A stretch of DNA of 64,000 nt from Tortispora ganteri (Eukaryota), in contig PPNB01000002.1 in the NCBI GenBank assembly GCA_003707115.1, forward strand, positions 1-64,000. Direction: 5' to 3'. The position numbers were made by a program, and so were the translations under genes. Below are positions 30,955-41,279 of the stretch, piece by piece. Each line of letters opens with the position of its first letter. Within the stretch, counting starts at the first letter, position 1. The notes below the pieces were generated by a model. The model was not told where the DNA came from. It worked only from the letters and a program-made list of their open reading frames with translations, and ran no database searches.

Positions 30955-32721
30955 ATGGCGGATAATGATAGAGATGAACCTAATTTTAGTCAGCTACTAG
31001 AACAGTTTACTCTGTCTGATAATCCCGTTGATTTCCTCGAAACTCCTGTGCGAGAAGATGCCCCAAGTCTGGAGTTCACAGCATCCCAGGGTCCAGCCTC
31101 CAGTTCTAACACAGCCGAAATTTCCACTGGGTCCGCGCTATCTGGTTCAAATGTTTTTGTGCAACAACCTTTTTCTATTTCGAATAATAATATGGACTTC
31201 ATGGTCTCAATAGCGAACGATAACGTGACCACGTTACCCTCTCCGCCTAGCACGATTCCTTCTGTATCCATAGGCCAGTTTTACTTGGAGTCCAGTCCGC
31301 TACCCCCTTCTTATTCCTCAAACTATGCGCATTCAGAAGGCTCTAATGATGTTTTAGCACCGGATCTCAATCTGTTAGATCATTTGGACTCTTCAACCAA
31401 TCCATTATTGAACACATCATCATCGGTATCTCTCAACGGAATGGGTATACATCATGTCGATATGAAGAATGCACAGTCACCACAACTATCAACTTATAAG
31501 GAATATGATTCTGATATACGAAATCAACAATTGATACCAGGTCAACAACAAGATTGCCACACGCAACATCAGTCTGAACCACAACTTCAGCCGGCACCCT
31601 CGCAACAAATTTTGCAGAATCAGCAATACACTCAAACGCCATTCAATCCACACTCACATTCGCATACACAATCACAAAATTTTGCCCTATCTTCAGGCCT
31701 AGAAATCCCTGAAAATTCCAATGATCTGACCGTTTCTTGGAATGATGATGTACCTGCAACGAACTATCTTTCAATGCTACATCAAAGACCGCGATCTATC
31801 TCTGAATCTAATGTACATGATCGATACCCTTCTTTGAGTTATGTTGAATCAGGATTTGCAGCCCAAATGGATGAATCTGGGTTCCCTTTGTTCATGGATC
31901 GAGATGCTTATGACAGCTTTACAGATAGCAATATAATGAACCGATCTGTATCTCCAGCATTATCCGATTCTTCCGCCATTTCTCTTCATGCTGGGCCTCC
32001 TGCTCATGTTGAATCCACCGGATTCGGCAGCATGATCACCAACAGTCAATATTTGGATATTCCGAACGTTCGAAAATCTCGACGAAGGTCGAATTCTTCA
32101 TCTTCTACCAGATCAGATGTTTCTGCAAGCGGCCGGTCAAAAGGCATATCAAAAACGGGGTCTTCAGTTAAATCCGGTGTATCCTCGAGGACTGGGTCAA
32201 GAAGCCCGAGCCCGAGGCGGCTAGATCAATCGCGAGATTATGTACTTCATCTTGCCAGCCATGAAGCCAGTAAATCGCCGCAGCGCACAAGTGAAGGCCA
32301 TTTTAAATGTCCTAACTGTGACGCATCGTTTACGCGGAAATACAATCTAAACTCGCATATGCTTACCCACACCAAAGATCGGCCATTCAAGTGCAAATAT
32401 TGTACTAAAGAATTTACTCGTGCTCACGATCGTCGAAGACACGAACTGCTTCACGAGGGAGTTAAACGGTTTCATTGTGGGGGTGAGTTATCGGATGGTG
32501 GTAAGTGGGGGTGCGGTGCTACGTTTGCTAGGTCTGATGCACTAGCACGACATCTGAAATCGGAGAAGGGACGCCAATGTATACGACCTCTGCAAGAGGA
32601 TGAAGAAAGACTGAGAGCGATAGAATTCACTAAGCTTCATAATGAGAGGGCGCACAGTAAATCCAACCAGAACCAGACTTTTGAGGTACCAGAGATTCAG
32701 ATTCAGACTGCAGATGTTTAG
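30955..32721 (+). CDS. CRZ1: Calcineurin-responsive C2H2 zinc-finger transcription factor Crz1-like
   Basis: [34 protein letters not shown] and the extended third finger [24 protein letters not shown]...GRQCIRP; Ser-rich region; first ATG at 30955. Confidence 0.85.
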   Translation: MADNDRDEPNFSQLLEQFTLSDNPVDFLETPVREDAPSLEFTASQGPASSSNTAEISTGSALSGSNVFVQQPFSISNNNMDFMVSIANDNVTTLPSPPSTIPSVSIGQFYLESSPLPPSYSSNYAHSEGSNDVLAPDLNLLDHLDSSTNPLLNTSSSVSLNGMGIHHVDMKNAQSPQLSTYKEYDSDIRNQQLIPGQQQDCHTQHQSEPQLQPAPSQQILQNQQYTQTPFNPHSHSHTQSQNFALSSGLEIPENSNDLTVSWNDDVPATNYLSMLHQRPRSISESNVHDRYPSLSYVESGFAAQMDESGFPLFMDRDAYDSFTDSNIMNRSVSPALSDSSAISLHAGPPAHVESTGFGSMITNSQYLDIPNVRKSRRRSNSSSSTRSDVSASGRSKGISKTGSSVKSGVSSRTGSRSPSPRRLDQSRDYVLHLASHEASKSPQRTSEGHFKCPNCDASFTRKYNLNSHMLTHTKDRPFKCKYCTKEFTRAHDRRRHELLHEGVKRFHCGGELSDGGKWGCGATFARSDALARHLKSEKGRQCIRPLQEDEERLRAIEFTKLHNERAHSKSNQNQTFEVPEIQIQTADV

Positions 32722-32904
32722 GAATTTTAGAGAACATGGTCCGAATTTGTACAATCTATGTGACTTTTGTTTCTATAATATCACGGCTTGTTTGATATGT
32801 GCATGTGTATGCCGCAGCTTTTGACGCCGAACATTGTGAAAATTAACGTCGTTAAAATCAGAAAACAGACTTAGCATCATTATATAGATTAATTATTTAT
32901 GTGT

Positions 32905-33117
32905 TTAACTTAATACTTTTGAGCCTGTAATCTTTTTGCCTGTTTTTTGAATGGTTTCAGTGATCTTTTCCTGTGGCAAGGAAGATTGCACTAGTACAGA
33001 TTGCTTGTCTAACGATATTTCAACTGAATCAACACCATTGAGCTTGTTCAACACCCTATTTATAGCATTTACGCATCCTTGACAGGTCATCTCAACGGTA
33101 TACTCATAGGTAGTCAT
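32905..33117 (-). CDS. ATX1: Copper chaperone Atx1 (70 aa)
   Basis: MTCQGC metal site, C-terminal KTGK. Confidence 0.93.
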   Translation of the reverse strand: MTTYEYTVEMTCQGCVNAINRVLNKLNGVDSVEISLDKQSVLVQSSLPQEKITETIQKTGKKITGSKVLS

Positions 33118-33374
33118 GTTTGTAGTGTTTAAGATAGTCGGCGATGAAGAAAGGTGATTAAATGTGGCGATGGTAGGAGTGTATTTATACTTGTACACAC
33201 ACAAGCTTACTAATAGTGCCACACTATTAAGGCGAAAAGTATGTAATGACCTTCTACGCTATTCCGCCTAATTCTACGTATATAATTTGAATAATTATAA
33301 GACTTCAAGGATAATTAAGCGCTATTGTTTATATAACATTTATTAGTTAGTTAGTTATTGCCGGTAACAGTTGT

Positions 33375-34739
33375 TTACCAGAAATCACCAAGAGCCTTCA
33401 TACCCTCAGCGACCTTCACGAACCCAGCGATATTGGCGCCCTTGACAAGGGATGGGAGGCCGTCACTCTTCTCAGAAGAATAAGCAATAGCAGTATCAAC
33501 ACAGGTGTCAAAGCAAGTCTTCATGATTCCGTGGAGACGTTCATCGACCTCTTCGGAAGTCCAGGTAGTGCGCTGCGAGTTTTGTGCCATTTCGAGGCCA
33601 GAAACAGCAACACCGCCACAGTTAGCAGCCTTTCCAGGAGCATACCATATACTCTCTGGAGTTTTTAGTCTCTCAGCTTCGAAAACATCAATAGCCTCTT
33701 TTGTAGAACCCATGTTAGAGCCTTCAGCGATGAATCGGCAGCCGGCAGCAACCAGGCCCTCTGCCTCTTCGCCAGAAACTTCATTTTGAGTAGCGCAAGG
33801 CAATGCAACGTCGACCTTGCCGACATTCAACCAAGGTCGAGCGTTTTCAAGGTACTTGAACTTGTCAGATTTGAAGGTTGTAGTGGATAGCAGGGAAGAG
33901 AGTTCCTGACGATTGTACTTGCAATCAGCAATCTCACCAATCTCTGCAGGAGTGAAGCCTTCTTCAAGGGACAAAAGGCAACCCTTGGAGTCAGACAACG
34001 AAACAACTTTACCACCTAGTTCAATTACCTTGAGAGCAGCATATTGTGCAACATTACCAGAGCCCGAAATAGCAACAGTTTTGCCCTTGAAGTTCTCTTG
34101 TCCTTTGGAAGCGTACAAGATCATCTGTTCAACATAATAGACAAGACCGTATCCTGTGGCTTCGGGACGGATAAGTGAACCACCCCAGGTAAGACCTTTA
34201 CCTGTGAGGACACCTTCCCAAGAATTACGGTAGGATTTGTATGCTCCAAAGAGGAAACCGACCTCTCGGCCACCCACACCGATATCTCCTGCAGGAACAT
34301 CAGTATCGGAACCAATGTGGCGCGAAAGCTCTTTCATGAAGGCGTAGCAGAAACGTCTGATCTCAGAGTCAGATTTTCCTTTAGGATCGAAATCCGAGCC
34401 ACCTTTTCCTCCACCCATGGAGAGGCCGGTGAGGGCGTTCTTGAAAATTTGCTCATAGCCAAGGAACTTCAGGATAGAGAGATTGACAGTGGGGTGGAAA
34501 CGCAAACCACCTTTGTATGGACCAAGGGTAGAGTTGAATTGGACTCTGTATCCTCTGTTTACTTGCAATTCTCCTGCATCATTTTCCCACACGACTCTGA
34601 ACTGTATAATTCTTTCAGGGACAGAGACGACTGGAATACATTTGCGAAGATCAGGTCTTTTTTCGAAAAGAAGCGAGTCCTCCAAAGTGGAGAGGAGTTC
34701 TTCGTAAGCTTGTTGAAATTCTGGTTCGGAAGGCTGCAT
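33375..34739 (-). CDS. GDH1: NADP-specific glutamate dehydrogenase
   Basis: [46 protein letters not shown]. Confidence 0.97.
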   Translation of the reverse strand: MQPSEPEFQQAYEELLSTLEDSLLFEKRPDLRKCIPVVSVPERIIQFRVVWENDAGELQVNRGYRVQFNSTLGPYKGGLRFHPTVNLSILKFLGYEQIFKNALTGLSMGGGKGGSDFDPKGKSDSEIRRFCYAFMKELSRHIGSDTDVPAGDIGVGGREVGFLFGAYKSYRNSWEGVLTGKGLTWGGSLIRPEATGYGLVYYVEQMILYASKGQENFKGKTVAISGSGNVAQYAALKVIELGGKVVSLSDSKGCLLSLEEGFTPAEIGEIADCKYNRQELSSLLSTTTFKSDKFKYLENARPWLNVGKVDVALPCATQNEVSGEEAEGLVAAGCRFIAEGSNMGSTKEAIDVFEAERLKTPESIWYAPGKAANCGGVAVSGLEMAQNSQRTTWTSEEVDERLHGIMKTCFDTCVDTAIAYSSEKSDGLPSLVKGANIAGFVKVAEGMKALGDFW

Positions 34740-35939
34740 AATTGATCTAACAAAAGAATAAAAGCACAAAAAAGATGCTGCAGCTCAAAGTGGTTTTCCG
34801 GAATGACTTTATATGAGTCTCGGGAGGAAGACAAAAAACACATTAAAGTTTATATGTGTGGGATAATGTTGAACGTTAACCTTAACTAAGGTATCGAGGA
34901 TGGTTTTTTTTCACTTGTAAAAGTAGACACAGAACCGTTGTATAAAGTGTTTTTGTTATTAAATCTACTTGTATTATATGCGTATAAAGCAAATTTTATT
35001 AAGGAGGTTTGACTGTGATTGTTTCTCTGGTAAACAGCACGGAAATTTCCGGAAAGAAGGTATTTTAAGGACGAGTCGCTTTAGTATAAACTTGCTTAGC
35101 CTTTAACCGGAATAAAGTTACTATCCTTTGATTGGAACGATAAGGACGTAAAATTGATGATCGGAAACTGAAATAAGCCCTTTTGCCTGGAATGTCCGAT
35201 GATCGGGCTTTTCGATGACTCTGCAACAGAAACTTTATTGCAACGGCTATTATCCCTCTTCGTTGGACCGTTCTGCGTGGGCGCGCTGAAATTACTGGTA
35301 TATATCGCCTAACAAACAGGCAACAGTCAAGATTTGATCAGTGTCATAGGGGCATCGATAGGGGTGATGTGTTAACTTCGAAATTATTTTTCGCATAGCT
35401 AACTGATTTTAGTAGAATGTTACGATTCGTTGTGCCCTGAGGAACGCCCGCAAAAAATCAAAAAAAAAAAAAAATTTGAGGCAATAAAAATGAGCTTCAT
35501 CGGTATGATGATTATGATTGGCTACAGATCGATCTGATAAAATTGCAAATACCCGGGACACTGTCGCTTTAACGTATAGTGTCCGTTGTGCTCGCACATT
35601 ATAAATCTAGGTTTACAGATATTTTATTATGCCCATTATGCAGCGATATTACGGAGGCATGCAAATAGTATGGCGAATACGGCAGTATCCGTGAGCTTTT
35701 GGGCGGAGGGTGGGATGCGCAACCTAGATCGCAGTGAGTCGAGGGTAGGTTAGAGAGTTTCTAGTTCCACCCTAGGGTTGTAGGACCCCCCACTAAAAGC
35801 TGTTGGTGGGATGTAAAGAATGAAGCAATTATTGGGAGGGTGCATTGCATCCTTAACCCTGCTAGAGACCTTAATATCTTCTATAGAGATATATTTATTT
35901 TCTTAAAGAGTTTGCGTTATTTATTGATTTCCGTTTATA

Positions 35940-36716
35940 ATGACTGAAATACATAAAAGAGAAGGACGTATGTTAAAAAAGCATGATCATCAGGGTGACT
36001 TCGATCCTAAATTGACGAGTCGACAACAACGCCATTCTCATCCGATTGGTCCTATAGCGTGGGTAAGACGACTTGTCAATCGATCGAGGAGTAGATCAGT
36101 AAAGAATTCTGTGAAGAATTTGCCTTGTTCTAGTGGCATCAAACCAGTTGAACAGTCTGAATCTATTCATTGGCATTTTCCATCTACTGCATCAAAAGTG
36201 GCCTTGCCGCCGCTTTCTTCAGCACAGTCTGCAAAATCGCATTTTTATGTACGTTACGAAAATAGTTATGTGGGAGATAATGATGTTGATTGTATTTCTG
36301 CCAACTCGTCTGATTTACCTCTTCCGGGATCTTCGCTATCGCACACAGGTGAGACTGGAATTGCTGCTAACGACACTATCCCGCGATCAAGCGATATGAG
36401 ACCTTCAAATCTAAGAAGCGATCAAAATGCAATATTAGCATCATCATCGTCTGGGTTTACCGAAATGACGCTCCCGGACGAGATGCTTATTCAAAGCCAA
36501 GCTGCACTACCAATGGTACTGCATCATCAAACAACACAGCCTCGTTCGTTACTCGATTCTGCGTCAATGCTATCGAAACATATTGATAATGCTTCTATTA
36601 TCACACTTGCATCGTCATCGCGTCGTGTAGAATCTACTGCCAGATCGATCAAATCTGTTAGCACTGACCTCTCGATCAGAACGTCTACGGCTGGTCCGTC
36701 GCATTTAGTCAAATGA
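35940..36716 (+). CDS. Uncharacterised Ser-rich protein (258 aa)
   Basis: ATG-initiated 258-codon ORF in good context (TATAATG) filling the gap between GDH1 and RQC1; no domain recognised. Confidence 0.6.
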   Translation: MTEIHKREGRMLKKHDHQGDFDPKLTSRQQRHSHPIGPIAWVRRLVNRSRSRSVKNSVKNLPCSSGIKPVEQSESIHWHFPSTASKVALPPLSSAQSAKSHFYVRYENSYVGDNDVDCISANSSDLPLPGSSLSHTGETGIAANDTIPRSSDMRPSNLRSDQNAILASSSSGFTEMTLPDEMLIQSQAALPMVLHHQTTQPRSLLDSASMLSKHIDNASIITLASSSRRVESTARSIKSVSTDLSIRTSTAGPSHLVK

Positions 36717-36880
36717 ACTTTTCTGGAGTGGATTTTTGTATTTGTTAAAGTTTTTTTTTATTTGCTTGTTATGTGGAAATGCTACTATCAGGGGAAGGTA
36801 TCTATATTTCATAAAAGATGTAATTGTAGTCTTCGCTATAGCCTATAATTTAGACTCCGTCAGAGACCCATTGAGCTTTT

Positions 36881-38380
36881 ATGTCTAGCCGCGCTTTAAG
36901 ACGACTGAATAAAGACAATCTCACCTCTTCTGTAATAGATAATACAGATGAGCCAGAATATCAACCGCCGCCTAAATCCAGTTTTGCCTTTTTAGCTAGC
37001 GCTGATGACCTTGATGGTCCGGACGACCCTGAAACGCCCGAACCGATTGAAAACGGTACCACAGCCACCGACCATTCAAAGAAAAGGAACCGAAAGAAGA
37101 AAAAGAAAAGGAAAGGGAAAGAAGTGAAGAATGACTCTGATGATGAAGTTCTAGACCAAGCATTAAGGGCGCTACAAGTCGCCTGCGATACGAAACTTCC
37201 TATGAACATTAATGTGAAGTACTTGGACCCAGACTACGAGATGCTGCAGATGTTTGGACCGGAAATTATGAAACAGGAAGCTAAAGAAAAGCGTGATGAA
37301 CTTTTTAAAGCCGCTAGAAGGTTGCCATCTAGTGTTAAGCAAATGATCTCTTCGTGGGGTGGGCCGGACGGTAGATCTGTACCAGGTCTGCATAACCGAA
37401 AGCTCTATTTCACGAAAGTACAGCCTGAGTGGCCTGTACAACAACATCGAAACATGTCTATGTTATCTGTACCGGGTAAAGACGACAGTTATAGATTTTT
37501 TCATGATCAAGACTACCAAGAGTCTCAACACGCCTTCTTCAGCATGTCGGAGCTAGGTGATACCGAATTGTTAGTTAACGCTCTACAAAAGTATCCCTAT
37601 AACGTCTCCTTACTGTCTCATTTAAGCGACATGGCAAACCTGAGTCATGACAGCTCAACTGCTAGAAGACTTATAGACCAGGCTATGTTTGTATTTGATA
37701 GAGCCTTTCATCCTCGATTTGTCCTGGGCTCCTCCAAACTTCCGATAGAGTACTACGAGAACAGACTATTCTATGTGTGTTTGATTCGAAGAATTAAGTC
37801 CCTACAACAACAGAATGCATGGAAATCGGCGTTTGAACACGCTAAGCTGCTCTATTCGTTTGATGACAAGGACCCCTACTACGCGGAGATACTCATAGCA
37901 ATACTCTCTTTGAAATCCAACCAGTTCGATTTTCTGATCTCATTCAATTTGCCTGATTCTCCATCTGCAGCGCTACTTATGTCTGTGGCACTAGCACACT
38001 TACATCGTAATAATACTAAGGAGACTAGTAAATTACTGGAATTGGCTATGCAACAAGCCTCTTACGCTATTGAGATCTCAAACGCCCTTGGTTTCGCAGT
38101 GGGAGATTCTGGCGATCCGATAGCGAAATTATACGCCACCGAAATAGTTCCGCTATGGGCTCAGGATAGCACATACAAAAGCCTACTACTTTCCGCATTG
38201 AGTTCGTCCCCATTGGAGATGAATCTAGATCAGTCGGAACTCAAAACTAATGCAATTCGTCTTTTAGTTCTTTACACTGGTAAGCCTCCAGTCTCAACTG
38301 TGGTATGGGCGGACGACCCAATTGCTCCTCACTCCACAGATTGCCCATACCCTGAAATCACTGCCAGGGAATATTCATAA
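36881..38380 (+). CDS. RQC1: Ribosome quality control subunit Rqc1 (TCF25 family)
   Basis: MSSRALRRL start, SSFAFL, poly-Lys tract, YLDPDYEM, YPYNVSLL, YYENRLFY, AFEHAKLLYSFD-DPY. Confidence 0.9.
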   Translation: MSSRALRRLNKDNLTSSVIDNTDEPEYQPPPKSSFAFLASADDLDGPDDPETPEPIENGTTATDHSKKRNRKKKKKRKGKEVKNDSDDEVLDQALRALQVACDTKLPMNINVKYLDPDYEMLQMFGPEIMKQEAKEKRDELFKAARRLPSSVKQMISSWGGPDGRSVPGLHNRKLYFTKVQPEWPVQQHRNMSMLSVPGKDDSYRFFHDQDYQESQHAFFSMSELGDTELLVNALQKYPYNVSLLSHLSDMANLSHDSSTARRLIDQAMFVFDRAFHPRFVLGSSKLPIEYYENRLFYVCLIRRIKSLQQQNAWKSAFEHAKLLYSFDDKDPYYAEILIAILSLKSNQFDFLISFNLPDSPSAALLMSVALAHLHRNNTKETSKLLELAMQQASYAIEISNALGFAVGDSGDPIAKLYATEIVPLWAQDSTYKSLLLSALSSSPLEMNLDQSELKTNAIRLLVLYTGKPPVSTVVWADDPIAPHSTDCPYPEITAREYS

Positions 38381-38574
38381 ACTGAAGGTATCGAACACGG
38401 TTTAGAACGAAAACATACATCAACCTAGAAAAAAGGCACAGAAACTCGAAATCAATCTAACTAACCCTGGGTCGATCTATTCCCGAATAGGCAATATCTC
38501 AGATTTTGCTTGACGAAGAAAGTTACCCGGTTTAACTACTAAAGATATTGAGTTCAACTAAAAATAACCACATG

Positions 38575-38582
38575 TCACGTGA
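38575..38582. promoter_or_regulatory. Cbf1 (CDEI/E-box) site in the MET6 promoter
   Basis: TCACGTGA about 165 nt upstream of the ATG, followed by TATATAA at about 38600; typical of yeast MET genes. Confidence 0.65.
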
Positions 38583-38744
38583 TGATTTTACCAGTTCCCT
38601 ATATAACTTTCTCGATACCAATTTTTCATTCCACCCCCTGTCTATATTTGACAACTTTGCCGAAGAACCGGAGGCTTATCTACATTTCTCCGTCTAAACG
38701 CAGTCCAATTGTAATTTTTTTATTCATTACATTTTTGTTTAACT

Positions 38745-41030
38745 ATGGCTAAATCTTCTATCCTTGGATTCCCTCGTATTGGCGCTCAACGTGAACTGAA
38801 GAAGGCCACTGAAGGTTATTGGTCTGGTAAAGTGACTGCTGAGTCTCTTTTGGAAACTGCTAAGACCATTCGTGCTGAAAATTGGAAAACTCAAAAGGAT
38901 GCTGGTGTTGATATCATTCCTTCCAATGACTTTTCTTTTTATGACCAAGTCCTTGACCATTCCATTATGTTCAACGTCATTCCTGCTCGCTACACCAAAT
39001 TTGACTTGAACGATTTGGACCTTCTATTCGCTATGGGTCGTGGTCTCCAACGCGAAGGCGTTGATGTCACTGCTCTTGAGATGGTTAAGTGGTTCGACTC
39101 TAACTACCATTACGTCCGCCCTACTTTCGGCAAAAACGTCGAGTTTAAATTGAACTCCACAAAGCCAGTCGACGAGTATCTCGAGGCTAAGGCCCAAGGT
39201 GTCGAAACTCGCCCTGTTATTCTCGGCCCTGTATCTTACCTTTTCCTCGGTAAGGCGGACAAGGATAACTTAGACACTGAACCTATCTCTTATCTCCCCA
39301 AGTTGTTGCCCGTTTATGCTGAACTCTTGAAGAAGCTGCTCGAGGCTGGCGTTACTGATGTTCAGATGGATGAGCCCTCTCTTGTTCTTGATCTCCCTGA
39401 GAATGTCCAGGCTGCTTTCAAGGATGCTTATTCTGCTCTTGCGCAAAGCGGTCTTAACCTTCATCTCACTACTTATTTCGGTGATATTCGTCCCAACTTG
39501 AAGGCCGTCACTGACCTCCCCATCGCTGGAATCCACATCGATGCTGTTCGTGTTCCTGAGCAAATAGAAGAGGTCGCCAAGGCTCTTACTGACAACCAAA
39601 CTCTTTCAGTTGGTGTCGTCGATGGCCGTAACATCTGGAAGACCGACTTCGCCAAGGCTATCGAGAAACTTAAGACTGCCGATGCTATCGTTGGAGATCG
39701 TCTGGTTGTTGCTACTTCATCTTCTCTCCTTCATACTCCCGTTACTCTCGAGTCTGAGAAGAACTTAAAGGAAGAGATTAGAGACTGGTTCTCTTTTGCT
39801 GTTCAAAAGGCTTCTGAAATTGTTGTCATTGCCAAGGCCTACTCAGGTGATTCTTCTTCTGAAATTACTGAAGCTTTGGCTGCTAACGCTAAGAGCATTG
39901 AAGCCCGTAACACTTCTAGCATTACCAAGAACCCTGCTGTTCGCGAACGTCTTGCCAAATTCACCGATGCTGACAAGTCTCGTAAGTCTCCTTTCTCTGA
40001 GCGTGTTGTTGCCCAGAAAAAGAATTTGAACTTGCCTCTTTTCCCCACAACTACTATTGGCTCTTTCCCTCAGACCAAGGAGATCCGTGTTCAACGTAAT
40101 AAGTTTACCAAGGGTCAAATCACCGCTGAAGAATACGAAAAGTTCATTGAAAAGGAAATTGATGAGGTCGTCAAATTCCAGGAGGAAGTTGGTTTGGACG
40201 TTCTTGTGCATGGTGAACCCGAGCGTAACGACATGGTCCAATACTTTGGTGAGAGACTTGATGGCTTTGTTTTCACCACCAATGGTTGGGTCCAATCCTA
40301 TGGTTCTCGATACGTCCGTCCTCCTATCATTGTTGGTGATGTGTCCCGTCCTGCGCCTATGACTGTCAAAGAGTCCAAATATGCTCAGTCTATTACTAAG
40401 AAGCCTATGAAGGGTATGCTTAGTGGTCCAATTACTTGTCTTCGCTGGTCATTTCCCCGTGATGATATCCCATTAAAAGATCAATCCTATCAACTTGGTG
40501 CCGCTCTTCGTGATGAGGTCAACGACCTTGAAGCTGCTGGAATTTACGTCATTCAAGTTGATGAGCCTGCTATTCGTGAAGGTCTTCCTCTTCGCGCTGG
40601 TGCCGAAAGAGAAGAGTACGTTAAGTATGCTGTTGAAAGTTTCCGTTTGGCTACCTCTGGCGTTCAAGATTCCACTCAGATCCACTCTCACTTCTGTTAC
40701 TCTGACTTGGATCCTAGCCACATCAAGGCCCTCGATGCTGATGTGGTTTCCATTGAGTTCTCTAAGAAGGATGATCCTAAGTATATCCAGGAGTTTGCTG
40801 AGTACCCCAATCATATTGGATTGGGTCTTTTTGATATCCACTCTCCTCGCGTTCCACCTCAATCTGAATTTGAAGCGCGTATTGCTGAAATTCTTAAGGT
40901 GTATCCCGCTGAAAAGTTCTGGGTTAACCCTGATTGCGGACTGAAAACTCGTCAATGGGAAGAGGTACGCCAACAGCTTACCAACATGGTAAATGCTGCC
41001 AAGGTTTTCCGTGAGAAGTACTCTTCATAG
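38745..41030 (+). CDS. MET6: Cobalamin-independent methionine synthase
   Basis: LGFPRIG-RELKKA, KWFDSNYHY, TTTIGSFPQT, HGEPERNDMV, HFCYS, WVNPDCGLKTR; strong codon bias. Confidence 0.98.
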   Translation: MAKSSILGFPRIGAQRELKKATEGYWSGKVTAESLLETAKTIRAENWKTQKDAGVDIIPSNDFSFYDQVLDHSIMFNVIPARYTKFDLNDLDLLFAMGRGLQREGVDVTALEMVKWFDSNYHYVRPTFGKNVEFKLNSTKPVDEYLEAKAQGVETRPVILGPVSYLFLGKADKDNLDTEPISYLPKLLPVYAELLKKLLEAGVTDVQMDEPSLVLDLPENVQAAFKDAYSALAQSGLNLHLTTYFGDIRPNLKAVTDLPIAGIHIDAVRVPEQIEEVAKALTDNQTLSVGVVDGRNIWKTDFAKAIEKLKTADAIVGDRLVVATSSSLLHTPVTLESEKNLKEEIRDWFSFAVQKASEIVVIAKAYSGDSSSEITEALAANAKSIEARNTSSITKNPAVRERLAKFTDADKSRKSPFSERVVAQKKNLNLPLFPTTTIGSFPQTKEIRVQRNKFTKGQITAEEYEKFIEKEIDEVVKFQEEVGLDVLVHGEPERNDMVQYFGERLDGFVFTTNGWVQSYGSRYVRPPIIVGDVSRPAPMTVKESKYAQSITKKPMKGMLSGPITCLRWSFPRDDIPLKDQSYQLGAALRDEVNDLEAAGIYVIQVDEPAIREGLPLRAGAEREEYVKYAVESFRLATSGVQDSTQIHSHFCYSDLDPSHIKALDADVVSIEFSKKDDPKYIQEFAEYPNHIGLGLFDIHSPRVPPQSEFEARIAEILKVYPAEKFWVNPDCGLKTRQWEEVRQQLTNMVNAAKVFREKYSS

Positions 41031-41279
41031 TTTTCTCTGTCTATGCCTGAAGCAAAGAAAATAATTGCATCATATTCAACACTTTGATGCTTTCAAAAAT
41101 ATTATCCATTAATGGATCAACGAAGAAAAAAGATAAATAGCAAAAGTGTGTATACCGTTTTTACGATTTAATGACCGTTCAACACCGATCATAGTATTCA
41201 ATATGATACTTACATTGTGTAAAATTTACTCTGTATTAAAATAATTAGGATTTAGAGTCACTTTTTTTTTTTTTTCAGT

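Noticed and set aside
38739..40973. Multiple antisense and off-frame ORFs over MET6 (similarly over GDH1, RNR1, DOP1, BCK1, MGS1 and DNF1)
   Set aside because: Shadows of biased codon usage in real genes; no motifs, and many start at non-ATG codons
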